Source: a virus
IMG/VR virus record: IMGVR_UViG_3300010350_000237
Span: 1,052 to 65,051 of that record
Direction: 5' to 3' (one strand)
Length of the DNA: 64,000 nt
In this document: positions 27,989-37,118 of the stretch, one piece after another
Numbering within the stretch: the stretch's first letter is position 1
How the letters are laid out: each line of letters starts with the position of its first letter
Notes under the pieces: generated by a model
Seen by the model: the letters and a program-made list of their open reading frames with translations, nothing else
Database searches by the model: none
Told to the model about the DNA's origin: nothing
Translations under genes and position numbers: made by a program

Positions 27989-28385
27989 AACATTCGAAGA
28001 CATTACCGCCCCGCTTACCGAAGACGAACTTACCGTCCTTCCTTATCTTATCGCTGGACTGGAGAAAAGAACCAGCAAAAACCCGATTCGATCGCCTGAA
28101 ATCGTAAAGGGGTTAAACGCGAACCTGGATAAATACCCGATAAAGAAGAAGAAGTTCAAAATTACCGGTACCAGACTTCGAAAAATGATAAACCACTTAC
28201 GAATAAATTCGATCTGTCCGGTAATGGCGACCAGCGACGGATATTTTACGTCGACAGACCCGGAAGAAATCGAACGAAACATTCGTTCCCTAAAAGATCG
28301 CGCCCGCGCCATACTTGCCGCGGCCGATGGATTAAACGCGTTCCTGGTTCCTGGATTCAAACCGGCGACCTTATTCGATAAATGA
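27981..28385 (+). CDS. Winged-HTH-like protein
   Basis: SPEIV...RLRKMINHLR...P.MATSDGYF. Confidence 0.65.
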   Translation: MVETFEDITAPLTEDELTVLPYLIAGLEKRTSKNPIRSPEIVKGLNANLDKYPIKKKKFKITGTRLRKMINHLRINSICPVMATSDGYFTSTDPEEIERNIRSLKDRARAILAAADGLNAFLVPGFKPATLFDK

Positions 28386-28531
28386 CAGTTAAAACCGTTT
28401 TTTGTATGTGCTGTCCTTATACCTGGACAGCGTTCGTTCGGGACGACGCGACGAACGTCGTTTTTACTGGACTTTGCCCGACCTGTTTCCTTTCCAGGTT
28501 CGGAACGATTATAAAATACCGTGACAAATGA
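28382..28531 (+). CDS. 49-aa zinc-ribbon protein (absent from the ORF track)
   Basis: CMCC...CPTC; ATGA overlaps at both ends. Confidence 0.65.
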   Translation: MTVKTVFCMCCPYTWTAFVRDDATNVVFTGLCPTCFLSRFGTIIKYRDK

Positions 28532-29118
28532 AGTTATTTTTCAAAACCGAATTTCTGGAGGAACCCAAAGATCGGGACGCCGAAGTTACCGACCTGCAGA
28601 ACTGGCCCAGGATTACGGGTCTGGCCTGGGTCGTCGTTACTGACGACGGGGCTGTCGTTCGCGGTTTCCGGTTTAAGGTGAAACACGACGTCGACCCGCC
28701 GGTCTTCCCTCCAGACGTCCAGAAAATTATCGAAGAACAGGGCCACCCGGCGAAGTACGTTATCGACCGGTTTATGTACGACGTCGGCGTCTGCGATACC
28801 CTGATCGCCCACGACTTGAAAACACATTTCGGAACCCTGGCAGCCGAAGCGATCAGGTACGGAAGCCGGGCGAAGAAGCGTATCGAAAACCGACTTTGTA
28901 CGATGGACGATATCGACGAAGTTTACGCGGACGATGGTCGTTCCCTGTCCGATCTTTATTACGCGCTGTTCGAAGCGGAAATCGACGACGACCTGGAAGT
29001 TATGGTCGCACTCCAGGCGGAAATCGAAATCGTCCAGGAACTGATTACCAGGGGAATCGTCAGGACTGGGAAGGTCGACGTCGAAGACCTGGTTCACGAA
29101 ATACGAACCATGCGTTAA
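28528..29118 (+). CDS. DEDDh/DnaQ-like exonuclease fold with degenerate catalytic residues
   Basis: FFKTE..P....VTDL.NWPRI..LAW; LIAHDLKTH; LCTM. Confidence 0.7.
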   Translation: MKLFFKTEFLEEPKDRDAEVTDLQNWPRITGLAWVVVTDDGAVVRGFRFKVKHDVDPPVFPPDVQKIIEEQGHPAKYVIDRFMYDVGVCDTLIAHDLKTHFGTLAAEAIRYGSRAKKRIENRLCTMDDIDEVYADDGRSLSDLYYALFEAEIDDDLEVMVALQAEIEIVQELITRGIVRTGKVDVEDLVHEIRTMR

Positions 29119-29187
29119 TTTTGTAATTTCTCCGAATGGTACGTTATTTGCAGTATGGGAAACCGAAGGGAATTATTCAAAACCGAT

Positions 29188-29226
29188 AAGTCCGTCGTCT
29201 TTTAACCGGGGGCGTCGGGCTTTTTT
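29188..29226 (+). terminator. Intrinsic terminator
   Basis: AAGTCCG / CGGGCTT stem followed by T6. Confidence 0.6.
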
Positions 29227-29232
29227 ATTCGT

Positions 29233-29814
29233 ATGGCAAAGGTAAAGAAAGGTAAAGTCGCCGATCTTATCCAGGACGATAAGAACGCGAACCAGGGAAC
29301 GATCGTCGGCGACCGAATGATCGGCGAAAGTATTAAAACGCTGGGCCTGGGACGTTCTGTCCTGGTCGATAAGGATAACCGTCTTATCGCTGGGAATAAG
29401 ACCCAAAAAAAGACCCTGGAAGAAGGAATTCAAAACGCGATTATCGTCGAAACCGATGGTAAAGAACTGATCGTCGTTAAACGAACCGACCTTTCCCTGG
29501 ACGACGAAAAAGCCCGGGCGCTGGCGCTGGCTGATAACCGAACGGCCGAAACGAACCTTAACTGGGATAACCAGAACGTCCAGATTCACTTCGACGCAGC
29601 TGTTAACATGGGACTGGGCGACCTGGTATTCGATACCGACGTTACTATCGGGGGCGACGCTGCCGGCGGGGGCTCTGGCGCTCCGAAAGACCTGTCGAAT
29701 TCCCTGGACGAAGTATTTAAAATCGAAATCGAATTCGCCGACGAAATGGCTTTAAAGGAAGCGTTCGAACAACTTACCGAACTGGGCTATCAATGCAAAA
29801 TATTAACATTGTAA
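29233..29814 (+). CDS. ParB/Srx-like domain protein
   Basis: DDKNAN..T...SI..LG.GRSVLVDK...IAGN; ALADNRTAE. Confidence 0.8.
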   Translation: MAKVKKGKVADLIQDDKNANQGTIVGDRMIGESIKTLGLGRSVLVDKDNRLIAGNKTQKKTLEEGIQNAIIVETDGKELIVVKRTDLSLDDEKARALALADNRTAETNLNWDNQNVQIHFDAAVNMGLGDLVFDTDVTIGGDAAGGGSGAPKDLSNSLDEVFKIEIEFADEMALKEAFEQLTELGYQCKILTL

Positions 29815-30482
29815 GGAAGATCGAAGTCGAAGATACCTTTCGGAATTCGTCGATCGTCGGAATGTTTGATTTACAGCCCGACAGTTACGTCGAAGAATTC
29901 CAGGGACAGTTCGACCCGCCTCCAGACTGGCAGATCGGCGCGATCGTCGGTAATTCTGGAACCGGTAAAACGACGATCGCGAAAGAACTTTTCCCCGATT
30001 CGTATATTACGAAATTCAAGTACGACCGGAATAAATCGGTCGTCGATTGTATGCCGGAGGGCGTAACCGTAAAGGAAATCGCCCAGGTATTTAATTCCGT
30101 CGGTTTTTCTTCGCCCCCTTCCTGGCTCAAACCTTACGAAGTCCTATCGAACGGCCAGAAAATGCGTACCGATTTAGCCCGCGCCCTTCTTCTTAATAAA
30201 GACCTGATCGTCTTCGACGAATTTACCAGCGTCGTCGACCGTAACGTCGCACAGATCGGAAGTCTGGCTGTCCAGAAAGCGATCAGGAAGACGAAACGTC
30301 GTTTTATCGCGGTAACCTGTCATTTCGACGTTTTACCCTGGTTAATGCCCGACTGGGTATTCGACGCGAACGACTTTACAATGTCCGTTTTTACGGAAAA
30401 AAAAAGCCCGAAATTAACGTCGAAATATTCCAGACAAACGATCGCAGCGTCTGGAAAATCTTTGCTAAACATCACTATTTAA
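29793..30482 (+). CDS. Stand-alone ABC ATPase (0-frame product)
   Basis: GNSGTGKT, LSNGQ, IVFDEFTS, VTCH; no TM partner. Confidence 0.9.
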   Translation: MQNINIVRKIEVEDTFRNSSIVGMFDLQPDSYVEEFQGQFDPPPDWQIGAIVGNSGTGKTTIAKELFPDSYITKFKYDRNKSVVDCMPEGVTVKEIAQVFNSVGFSSPPSWLKPYEVLSNGQKMRTDLARALLLNKDLIVFDEFTSVVDRNVAQIGSLAVQKAIRKTKRRFIAVTCHFDVLPWLMPDWVFDANDFTMSVFTEKKSPKLTSKYSRQTIAASGKSLLNITI

Positions 30483-30880
30483 ACCATAATTTCCACCGAT
30501 CGGCGGACGTCTTTCTTATGTATTGTAACGGGGAACTTTGCGGTCTTTCGTCCGCGATTAACTTCGTTCACCCGATCGTTAAAAATACCAGGAAAGAACA
30601 CCGAACAGTCGTTCTTCCTGATTACCAGGGCGTCGGACTGGGCGTTCTTTTAAGGAACTTCGTCGCCGAACATTATCGAAAGAAGGGTCTTTCGTTTATT
30701 ACGGTTACGTCGAACCCAGCGTTAATTCATTACATGAAAAGGTCGCCTTTGTGGATATGTACCTTTTACGGTCGACAGTCGGCGCAAAGGGGCCAATTAA
30801 AATGGCTGAACAATACAGCGGCGACGAAGCGGTTAACGACGTCCTGGAAATATGTCGGCACGAAATTTTCGGTAAAATAA
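30404..30880 (+). CDS. GNAT acetyltransferase domain, reached by a -1 shift at A9 (30397-30405)
   Basis: -1 frame is open from 30404: KPEINVEIFQTNDRSVWKIFAKHHYL...HRTVVLPDYQGVGLG. Confidence 0.85.
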   Translation, partial: KPEINVEIFQTNDRSVWKIFAKHHYLNHNFHRSADVFLMYCNGELCGLSSAINFVHPIVKNTRKEHRTVVLPDYQGVGLGVLLRNFVAEHYRKKGLSFITVTSNPALIHYMKRSPLWICTFYGRQSAQRGQLKWLNNTAATKRLTTSWKYVGTKFSVK

Positions 30881-30911
30881 ACCCGAACGCAGTGTAAACG
30901 CAGTGTAAAAC

Positions 30912-31367
30912 ATGGAAGAACAGGCAAACGATAACAGACCGACCATACCCGGAAGGAACGGCGGAACGCTCCGACCTTTTCGACCTGGTCAATCGGGAAA
31001 CCCGGCAGGCATGAAAAAGGGAACGAAACACTTTTCGACCATTATTAAAAAGATGCTGGACGAAACGGTTAACGTAACGGTAAACGGGGTAACGATTCAG
31101 TTAACCAGGGCCGAAGCGTTAATGTTAGAAAAATTCCGACTGGCGACGAACAGTCCCTTCGACGCGGTTCGTCTTCGGGCGATTATGGATATCGAAGATC
31201 GTATCGACGGGAAGCCTGTCGCGGCCCTTCCCGATGCTGGTTCGGACGGCGACGACGTTTACGTCTTTTATATTCCAAACCAGCACAGTCGTAAACGACA
31301 GATCGAAGACCAGGGCGGAATCGAAGACGCCGACGTTTTAGACCTTCCAGAAAACCTTTCCGAATAA
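30912..31367 (+). CDS. terS: Terminase small subunit (putative)
   Basis: PFRPGQSGNPAGMKKG (DUF5681-type motif); upstream of TerL. Confidence 0.65.
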   Translation: MEEQANDNRPTIPGRNGGTLRPFRPGQSGNPAGMKKGTKHFSTIIKKMLDETVNVTVNGVTIQLTRAEALMLEKFRLATNSPFDAVRLRAIMDIEDRIDGKPVAALPDAGSDGDDVYVFYIPNQHSRKRQIEDQGGIEDADVLDLPENLSE

Positions 31368-31395
31368 GTCAACCTTTAACGCTTAAATACGTACG

Positions 31396-31953
31396 ATGAA
31401 AAATTTACTTTTCTTTCTTTTCCCGATCTTCTTTTCCCTCCAGGTTCAGGCCCAGGGCGACTTCGATTACCAGTTTTACCCAGCGCCGGTTTACCAGAAA
31501 TACTTCGAACGCTTCGATCAGGATTCGACCGTCGACCGTTCTGGATTGAACGAAACCGATACGATTCCCAGGGTTTTAAAAATCGATTCGACGAAGACAG
31601 ACGTCCAGGTCGTCGTTAAAAAGGACGGCGATCGACTTGTTATTTCCGATATCAAACACCCAGGGGCGCCGTTATACTCCGAACGGGTTCGGTTCCTGGG
31701 CGTACTGGAAGACGGGTTCGGTTCGCTGTTTTACGAATCACTGGGAACCGAAAAAGAACAGATCGTCGTAAACCCGACCAGGGGCTTCGCGGTTGTTTCT
31801 TTCAGGAAATGTTTTAAAGAAGTCGACGGCAGGAAGATATCGCCCTGGACGGCCGAAGTCCCAGACGACGACGATAAACCCGACTTTTGTAACTTTATAA
31901 ACCATAACTTCGGTAATATTGCGGTAAACAAATACCGACCGGCAAATCCTTAA
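31396..31953 (+). CDS. Signal-peptide protein
   Basis: MKNLLFFLFPIFFSLQVQA|QG. Confidence 0.7.
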   Translation: MKNLLFFLFPIFFSLQVQAQGDFDYQFYPAPVYQKYFERFDQDSTVDRSGLNETDTIPRVLKIDSTKTDVQVVVKKDGDRLVISDIKHPGAPLYSERVRFLGVLEDGFGSLFYESLGTEKEQIVVNPTRGFAVVSFRKCFKEVDGRKISPWTAEVPDDDDKPDFCNFINHNFGNIAVNKYRPANP

Positions 31954-31956
31954 CGT

Positions 31957-32430
31957 ATGGCCTGCACCCTTTCGCCCCTGTTATCTGTCGACGCTTGTTC
32001 CTGTTACGAATACGAACAGGCGAAGAAGTCCTTACCAGCGATAACGATAAAACAACCTTTCGCCAGTCTGGTCGGCTGGGGCGTAAAGACGATCGAAGTT
32101 CGATCTTCAAATCTTAACTATCGGGGGCCGTTAATTATCTGTTCGGGGAAAAAGGTCTTCGACGGCGTTTCCCTTCTTATGCCGAACAGTCTGGAGTATT
32201 ACCGACAGTACAAAAGTATTATGCCCCAGGGACAGGCGATCGCCGTCGTCGAACTGGTCGACTGCCGACCAATGAAGCCGAAAGACGCCGATCTTTCTTT
32301 CGTCCCTTACTCCGAAGGTCTTTATTCCTGGATATTACGCGACGCGACGTCGATCGAACCTTTCGAAGTTTCTGGTAATATTGGAATCTTCCATTTAAAA
32401 CAGAACCGAATCGTCTTTCGACATTTTTAA
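31957..32430 (+). CDS. ASCH domain protein
   Basis: AITIKQPFASLV..GVKTIEVRS....YRGPLII. Confidence 0.9.
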   Translation: MACTLSPLLSVDACSCYEYEQAKKSLPAITIKQPFASLVGWGVKTIEVRSSNLNYRGPLIICSGKKVFDGVSLLMPNSLEYYRQYKSIMPQGQAIAVVELVDCRPMKPKDADLSFVPYSEGLYSWILRDATSIEPFEVSGNIGIFHLKQNRIVFRHF

Positions 32431-32444
32431 AAAGCGGGCGACGG

Positions 32445-32476
32445 GTTGCGCACCTGTCGCCCGTTCGTTATCTTTG
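32445..32476 (+). promoter_or_regulatory. Bacteroidota-type promoter overlapping a hairpin
   Basis: GTTG(32445)-N20-TATCTTTG(32469); CGGGCGAC/GTCGCCCG stem. Confidence 0.6.
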
Positions 32477-32510
32477 CGTTATATTTTTACCGTTACAAAA
32501 CGCGTCAAAC

Positions 32511-33464
32511 ATGGAAACGGCACTTATCGAAGAAATTCACGAACAGTTTACCTTCGACCTTTTCGAATCAGTCAGACAGGCGAACGACTTTACTTACCTG
32601 GAGAAATACCGGCCCGTCGGAGTAAAGGCCGAAGACTTTGTCGACCAGGTCGAAAAGTATCGGGTCTTTTATCCTGGTAATAACTTCGTTACCGAAAAAC
32701 AGATCGGCGATATCTGTCGTAAATACGATCTGGTTCTGGGTTCCTTCCTGAACTTTACCGGAATTATACCGGTAAAAAATCGGCTGGAACTGAAACTGTT
32801 CAGACTTCGACCCGAAGACGAAAAGTTCGAAGACCCTTCGATTCCTGGCCGAATACTCCAGGCTTTGACAAGCAATAAACACGGCGTCGAAGGTACCCTT
32901 TCGACTTTCGAAGGGTCGACGTTAAGTCTTCGGTCTGGTTACATTCCTGGCGATATGGAAAAGCCGTTCGAACTGTTACCGATCGGCGATTCGTTTGTCC
33001 TGGTATCAGCGAACAGCGAACACGACGTTTACCGTCTGTTTTTGAAGATCGACATTTTCGGTTCCGAATGGCTGGTCGATATGGGCCTGGCGTCAATTAA
33101 AGACGGTCTGGTCTGGGTCGAATGGAAGGTCGGTCGGGAAGAACGCGGCCTGGTACATAAATTCGAAGTTTCGCTTACGATACCGACTTCGACGATTACC
33201 AGGTCGACGGCGTTTAATCTGTCGTCGAACGTATGTCCTTCGGTCGTCGCGCCTGGCACAATGTTTGAACGATATAAAGGCGCTGTCGAAGTCGTCGATT
33301 ATCGTCTTCGATTTAAACCAGGTCTGGTTCCTGGCGACCCGAAGTCCTTCGTTCATATCGACGACCCGATAATTTTACAGCCGGTACCGTTCGGGTACCT
33401 TGTCGTTACAAAATGGGGTAAAGAATCAAATATCGGAGAAATCCAGAACGCAAAAACGAATTGA
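32511..33464 (+). CDS. Conserved Bacteroidota phage protein
   Basis: FVTEKQI..ICRKY.L and DPIILQPV..GYLVVTKWG.E. Confidence 0.7.
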   Translation: METALIEEIHEQFTFDLFESVRQANDFTYLEKYRPVGVKAEDFVDQVEKYRVFYPGNNFVTEKQIGDICRKYDLVLGSFLNFTGIIPVKNRLELKLFRLRPEDEKFEDPSIPGRILQALTSNKHGVEGTLSTFEGSTLSLRSGYIPGDMEKPFELLPIGDSFVLVSANSEHDVYRLFLKIDIFGSEWLVDMGLASIKDGLVWVEWKVGREERGLVHKFEVSLTIPTSTITRSTAFNLSSNVCPSVVAPGTMFERYKGAVEVVDYRLRFKPGLVPGDPKSFVHIDDPIILQPVPFGYLVVTKWGKESNIGEIQNAKTN

Positions 33465-33470
33465 AAGCCC

Positions 33471-33516
33471 GCCCGACTTGTCTTCCTACCCTCCAGACAG
33501 TCGGGCAATTTTTTTT
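33471..33516 (+). terminator. Intrinsic terminator
   Basis: GCCCGACT / AGTCGGGC stem followed by T8. Confidence 0.7.
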
Positions 33517-33519
33517 ATT

Positions 33520-33783
33520 ATGGGACAATGGCCTTTAAATAACAAGGGCCTTTGGCAGTCGCTTACACCTGGGCAGAAATGGGCCGCGATTCTGGGCGCT
33601 CCGATTATGTTTTTAATGTTAAGACAGTATTCCGAACTTACTTCTTATGTCGGTAATAAAGTCGTCGAAGTCGTCCTGTTATTCGCTGGGTTTTTCCTGG
33701 TACCCTGGGTTTACGCTGCCGGGCTCGGTCTGGTTCTTGCTGTTATTATTGAAGTCCTTTTTTACAGAAATCGACGTCGATAA
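33520..33783 (+). CDS. Small 2-TM membrane protein
   Basis: ATG at 33520. Confidence 0.6.
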   Translation: MGQWPLNNKGLWQSLTPGQKWAAILGAPIMFLMLRQYSELTSYVGNKVVEVVLLFAGFFLVPWVYAAGLGLVLAVIIEVLFYRNRRR

Positions 33784-33784
33784 A

Positions 33785-35311
33785 ATGAGAATAAACGTAA
33801 AGCCCCAGGTCGGGTTCCAGGAAAAGGCGACGGACTGTCCGGCGGATATCGCGATTATCGGAGGTTCGGCCGGTTGCGGGAAAACGTTCTGTTTACTTTA
33901 CGAACCCTTGAAATACGTCGTCGACCCGACGCCGAACTTTAAAGGGATTATCTTTCGGCGGGAAGCGGTACAAATCAAAACGACCGGCGGTCTTTGGGAT
34001 CAGGCGAAAAGTCTGTTTCGGAAACTCCAGCCCGGGTTCCGTCCGACGCCCTTCGGAGGAAACCAATACTTTAAATTTTCCTTCCCGACCGGCTTCGATT
34101 TACAGCTGGCGCACCTTCACAAAGAAGACGACGTTTACGGTTACCAGGGGGCCGAAATTCCGTATATCGCTTTCGATGAACTGACGCACTTCACCGAAGA
34201 ACAGTTCTTTTATATGTTATCCAGGAACCGATCGGGCGACTGTCTGGTCGAACCATACGTCCGCGCTTCGACGAATCCGCAGGGCGAAGGCTGGGTTAAG
34301 CGACTTATTTCGCCCTGGATATACCCAGACGATTATCCAGTCGAAATTCTTCGCGGCGCTCCGATTCCTGAAATGCAGGGCGTCGTTTTGTACATGGCGA
34401 GAATCGATAATCGGGTCGTTATGGCCGAAACTCCAGAACAGATTCTGACGTCCTTACCGGCCCAGGTCGCGGCCCAACTTTTACCAGGGGCGATTCGATC
34501 GATAACCTTCGTCGCTGGGAAACTGTTCGAAAATCAGGTTCTTTTAAAATCGAACCCTGGGTACCTGGGCAACCTTTTAGGACTTACCGAAACAGAACGC
34601 GCCCAACTTTTAGACGGTCGTTGGATTAACTTGGATAACGACGCGTTTCGACTTTACACGAACCAGGCGATCGGCGATATTTTTTCGAACGACTTCGTCA
34701 GGAAAACCGGCGTTCGATATATTACGGCAGATATCGCCCTGGAGGGTACCGACAAATTCGTAATTATTGTCTGGGACGGCTGGGTTATTGTCGAAATCAG
34801 GGTCTTCGATAAGTCCCTGGGCGACCAGGTCGTCGCGGAAATAAAACGCGCTGCCGCGGACTGGTCGGTTCCTGTTCGACGTATCGCTTTCGATTCTGGA
34901 GGCGTCGGCGCGTACTTAAAAGGATTCCTTCGGACAGCTTATCCGTTCGTCGGAGGCGGGGCGCCGATCGCTGAACAGAAAGTTACCAAAATACACGGCG
35001 AAAAGACAGCGACAAACCGGCCCCAGTATTTGAACCTTCGCGCCCAGGCGTATTTTTTACTTCGCGATAAAATCGAAAACTGTTCGATCTTTGCCGAAGA
35101 CGTAACGTACCAGACGGAAATCGAACAGGAACTTCGGGCGATCAGGAAACCCGAAACCAATACCGACGGGAAACTTCGGATTATACCAAAGGAACAAATA
35201 AGGAAAGCGATCGGTCGAAGTCCAGACTTCGCGGACGCGATATCGATTCGCCCGATCTTTGATATCTTACCTAAAATCGAAATTCCGACCCGACGGGTCG
35301 CCTCACTTTAA
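33785..35311 (+). CDS. terL: Terminase large subunit
   Basis: Walker A GGSAGCGKT, Walker B IAFDE, nuclease ADIA..G.D and SPDFADA; ATG at 33785. Confidence 0.95.
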   Translation: MRINVKPQVGFQEKATDCPADIAIIGGSAGCGKTFCLLYEPLKYVVDPTPNFKGIIFRREAVQIKTTGGLWDQAKSLFRKLQPGFRPTPFGGNQYFKFSFPTGFDLQLAHLHKEDDVYGYQGAEIPYIAFDELTHFTEEQFFYMLSRNRSGDCLVEPYVRASTNPQGEGWVKRLISPWIYPDDYPVEILRGAPIPEMQGVVLYMARIDNRVVMAETPEQILTSLPAQVAAQLLPGAIRSITFVAGKLFENQVLLKSNPGYLGNLLGLTETERAQLLDGRWINLDNDAFRLYTNQAIGDIFSNDFVRKTGVRYITADIALEGTDKFVIIVWDGWVIVEIRVFDKSLGDQVVAEIKRAAADWSVPVRRIAFDSGGVGAYLKGFLRTAYPFVGGGAPIAEQKVTKIHGEKTATNRPQYLNLRAQAYFLLRDKIENCSIFAEDVTYQTEIEQELRAIRKPETNTDGKLRIIPKEQIRKAIGRSPDFADAISIRPIFDILPKIEIPTRRVASL

Positions 35312-35322
35312 ACGATTTATTT

Positions 35323-36048
35323 ATGTTATTACTGACACAAACAAAAGCCCTTTACGCGGCCTTTCGGTCTGAACGATCAGCGACCGACGTCGCGGTTCTC
35401 CAGTTACGCGAATTTCTTACAAACCAGTTCGGCCACGACGGGACGAAAGCCTGGAAGGAAGTCGACGAACAGACCCACACACGACAGAAACAAAAGCCTG
35501 GAGAACGTTCGCTTCGTCGGTTTCAGCACCCTTTGGCGACCAGACAGGTCGCAGCGTCCCAGGTAAAACAGGGACAACCGATACCGGTTACAGAAATCAC
35601 AGAACGAACAGTCGGAGAACAGAACGTCGGACCGACGGTCGTTAACGAAGCGGGCGTTCGTCAGGAAGACGGGTCGGTTACACCTTTGCAGGAATACCGC
35701 CAGAATCTTCCAGACGAACCAATTACCGAAGAACAGGCGAACGTTTCTTCGAATCCTTCCGACGTCCCTGGAGGGGGCGACGCGCCGGGAAAGTCCGAAG
35801 TATCGGAAGGGGATTCGAACGAAAACCTACCGTCGACCTCAACAAACTTGCCGGAGGTTGTTGCGGATAATCTTCTTATCGATCTGCAGGAAGTCGCGAA
35901 AGTCAAAGCGAAGACAGCGGCCGGTAAGTATTCACGCGACCAACTTGTCGCGACCCTTAAAAATTATAATATCGCTTATAAGGAAGACGGCAGTAACACA
36001 CAACTTGCCGCGAACCTTATCAGTTACGCGAACCAAAACGTCGATTAA
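35323..36048 (+). CDS. Hypothetical protein, low-complexity middle, possible HeH/LEM C-terminus
   Basis: YSRDQLVATLKNYNIAYK. Confidence 0.65.
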   Translation: MLLLTQTKALYAAFRSERSATDVAVLQLREFLTNQFGHDGTKAWKEVDEQTHTRQKQKPGERSLRRFQHPLATRQVAASQVKQGQPIPVTEITERTVGEQNVGPTVVNEAGVRQEDGSVTPLQEYRQNLPDEPITEEQANVSSNPSDVPGGGDAPGKSEVSEGDSNENLPSTSTNLPEVVADNLLIDLQEVAKVKAKTAAGKYSRDQLVATLKNYNIAYKEDGSNTQLAANLISYANQNVD

Positions 36049-36996
36049 ATGTATCAGGGCACTTTAAAGAAGCCGGACGGGTCGGTTCTGGCGAAATTCG
36101 ATATTCCTTCGAACTTGTCAGAACTGCCCCTTAACCGGTTTATCGACTTCCTGGTCGAATGTCGGAAGATGGACGAAGACGCGGATAACGTCGCCGAATA
36201 TGTAACGAAAGCGGTCGCCGAATTTACTGGGTACCCGTTCGAACAGATGGTCGTCGCCCAGTACGAAACGTTTTCGGAACCTGGCCTTATCGATTCGATC
36301 GCGAAGATTTTCGCACACGCTTTAAAACTGTTATCGAAGGCGAAGGGTACCTTACTTACTCCAGAACAGGCGGTCTTTAATTACAAAGGCGAAAAGTTCA
36401 GGATTCCGGTAATACTCCAGTCGGCGGTAAAAGGGGAAACGATTCTTCCAGGACTTTCGGCGATCGAAGTTATCGAAGTCGCGGAGGTTCACAGATTCAA
36501 AAAACAGGTTACCGAAAACCAGGCAGACCCAGACGGAAGACTTCGTCGAAGGATTAACAAAGTTATCGAAGAACAGGCGGCCGGTACCGGTATGCTGGGC
36601 GACCTTTCTTCGCACTTCGATAAGATCAAAACGCTGGAACTTGAAAAGGCCGGCGACCCGAACGGTTCCCTTATTTATTCGACGTATCTTAAAACGCTGG
36701 CAATACTGGCCCGAAAGGACGGCGAAAACCTTCCTTTTAAAGATTCGGAACGGGAAGCCTGGATTCAGAACCGGGCGTCTTTCTTTTCCGAAATCGACGC
36801 CGCGACAGCGTTAAACGTAGATTTTTTTTTGAGCAGTATTTTGCGGAACTCCGAAAACGTAATGCCTGTCGCTGGTTTTTTGAGCCTCCAAAGTTTCGCA
36901 GCCGTGGCGGCGACCCAGTTAAAGAAAGGGAAGCGTTCGAAAGGTCGATCGCGCACACGGAAGAAACGTTTAAAAAGGTCGGCTGGCGGCAAATGA
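36049..36996 (+). CDS. Putative tail assembly chaperone, 0-frame product
   Basis: Followed by a frameshift-accessible extension. Confidence 0.55.
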   Translation: MYQGTLKKPDGSVLAKFDIPSNLSELPLNRFIDFLVECRKMDEDADNVAEYVTKAVAEFTGYPFEQMVVAQYETFSEPGLIDSIAKIFAHALKLLSKAKGTLLTPEQAVFNYKGEKFRIPVILQSAVKGETILPGLSAIEVIEVAEVHRFKKQVTENQADPDGRLRRRINKVIEEQAAGTGMLGDLSSHFDKIKTLELEKAGDPNGSLIYSTYLKTLAILARKDGENLPFKDSEREAWIQNRASFFSEIDAATALNVDFFLSSILRNSENVMPVAGFLSLQSFAAVAATQLKKGKRSKGRSRTRKKRLKRSAGGK

Positions 36997-37118
36997 CTGT
37001 TGCGTTACTTTCGAAGGGCTGGTTCGATTCTCCAGATATGTCTGCGCTGGAATCAGTTTATCGGGCTACCTTTGAAGACGCGGTTCGTTTATTATCAATC
37101 GAAAAGGCTTCGTTATGA
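36828..37118 (+). CDS. Hidden -1 frame extension of the 36049 gene (gpGT-like)
   Basis: T9 at 36822-36830; -1 frame open (FEQYFAELRK...LESVYRATFEDAVRLLSIEKASL*); TGA overlaps the next ATG. Confidence 0.75.
   Translation, partial: FEQYFAELRKRNACRWFFEPPKFRSRGGDPVKEREAFERSIAHTEETFKKVGWRQMTVALLSKGWFDSPDMSALESVYRATFEDAVRLLSIEKASL

Noticed and set aside
29793-30482. ABC transporter
   Set aside because: No permease; the neighbour is a frameshift-linked GNAT domain
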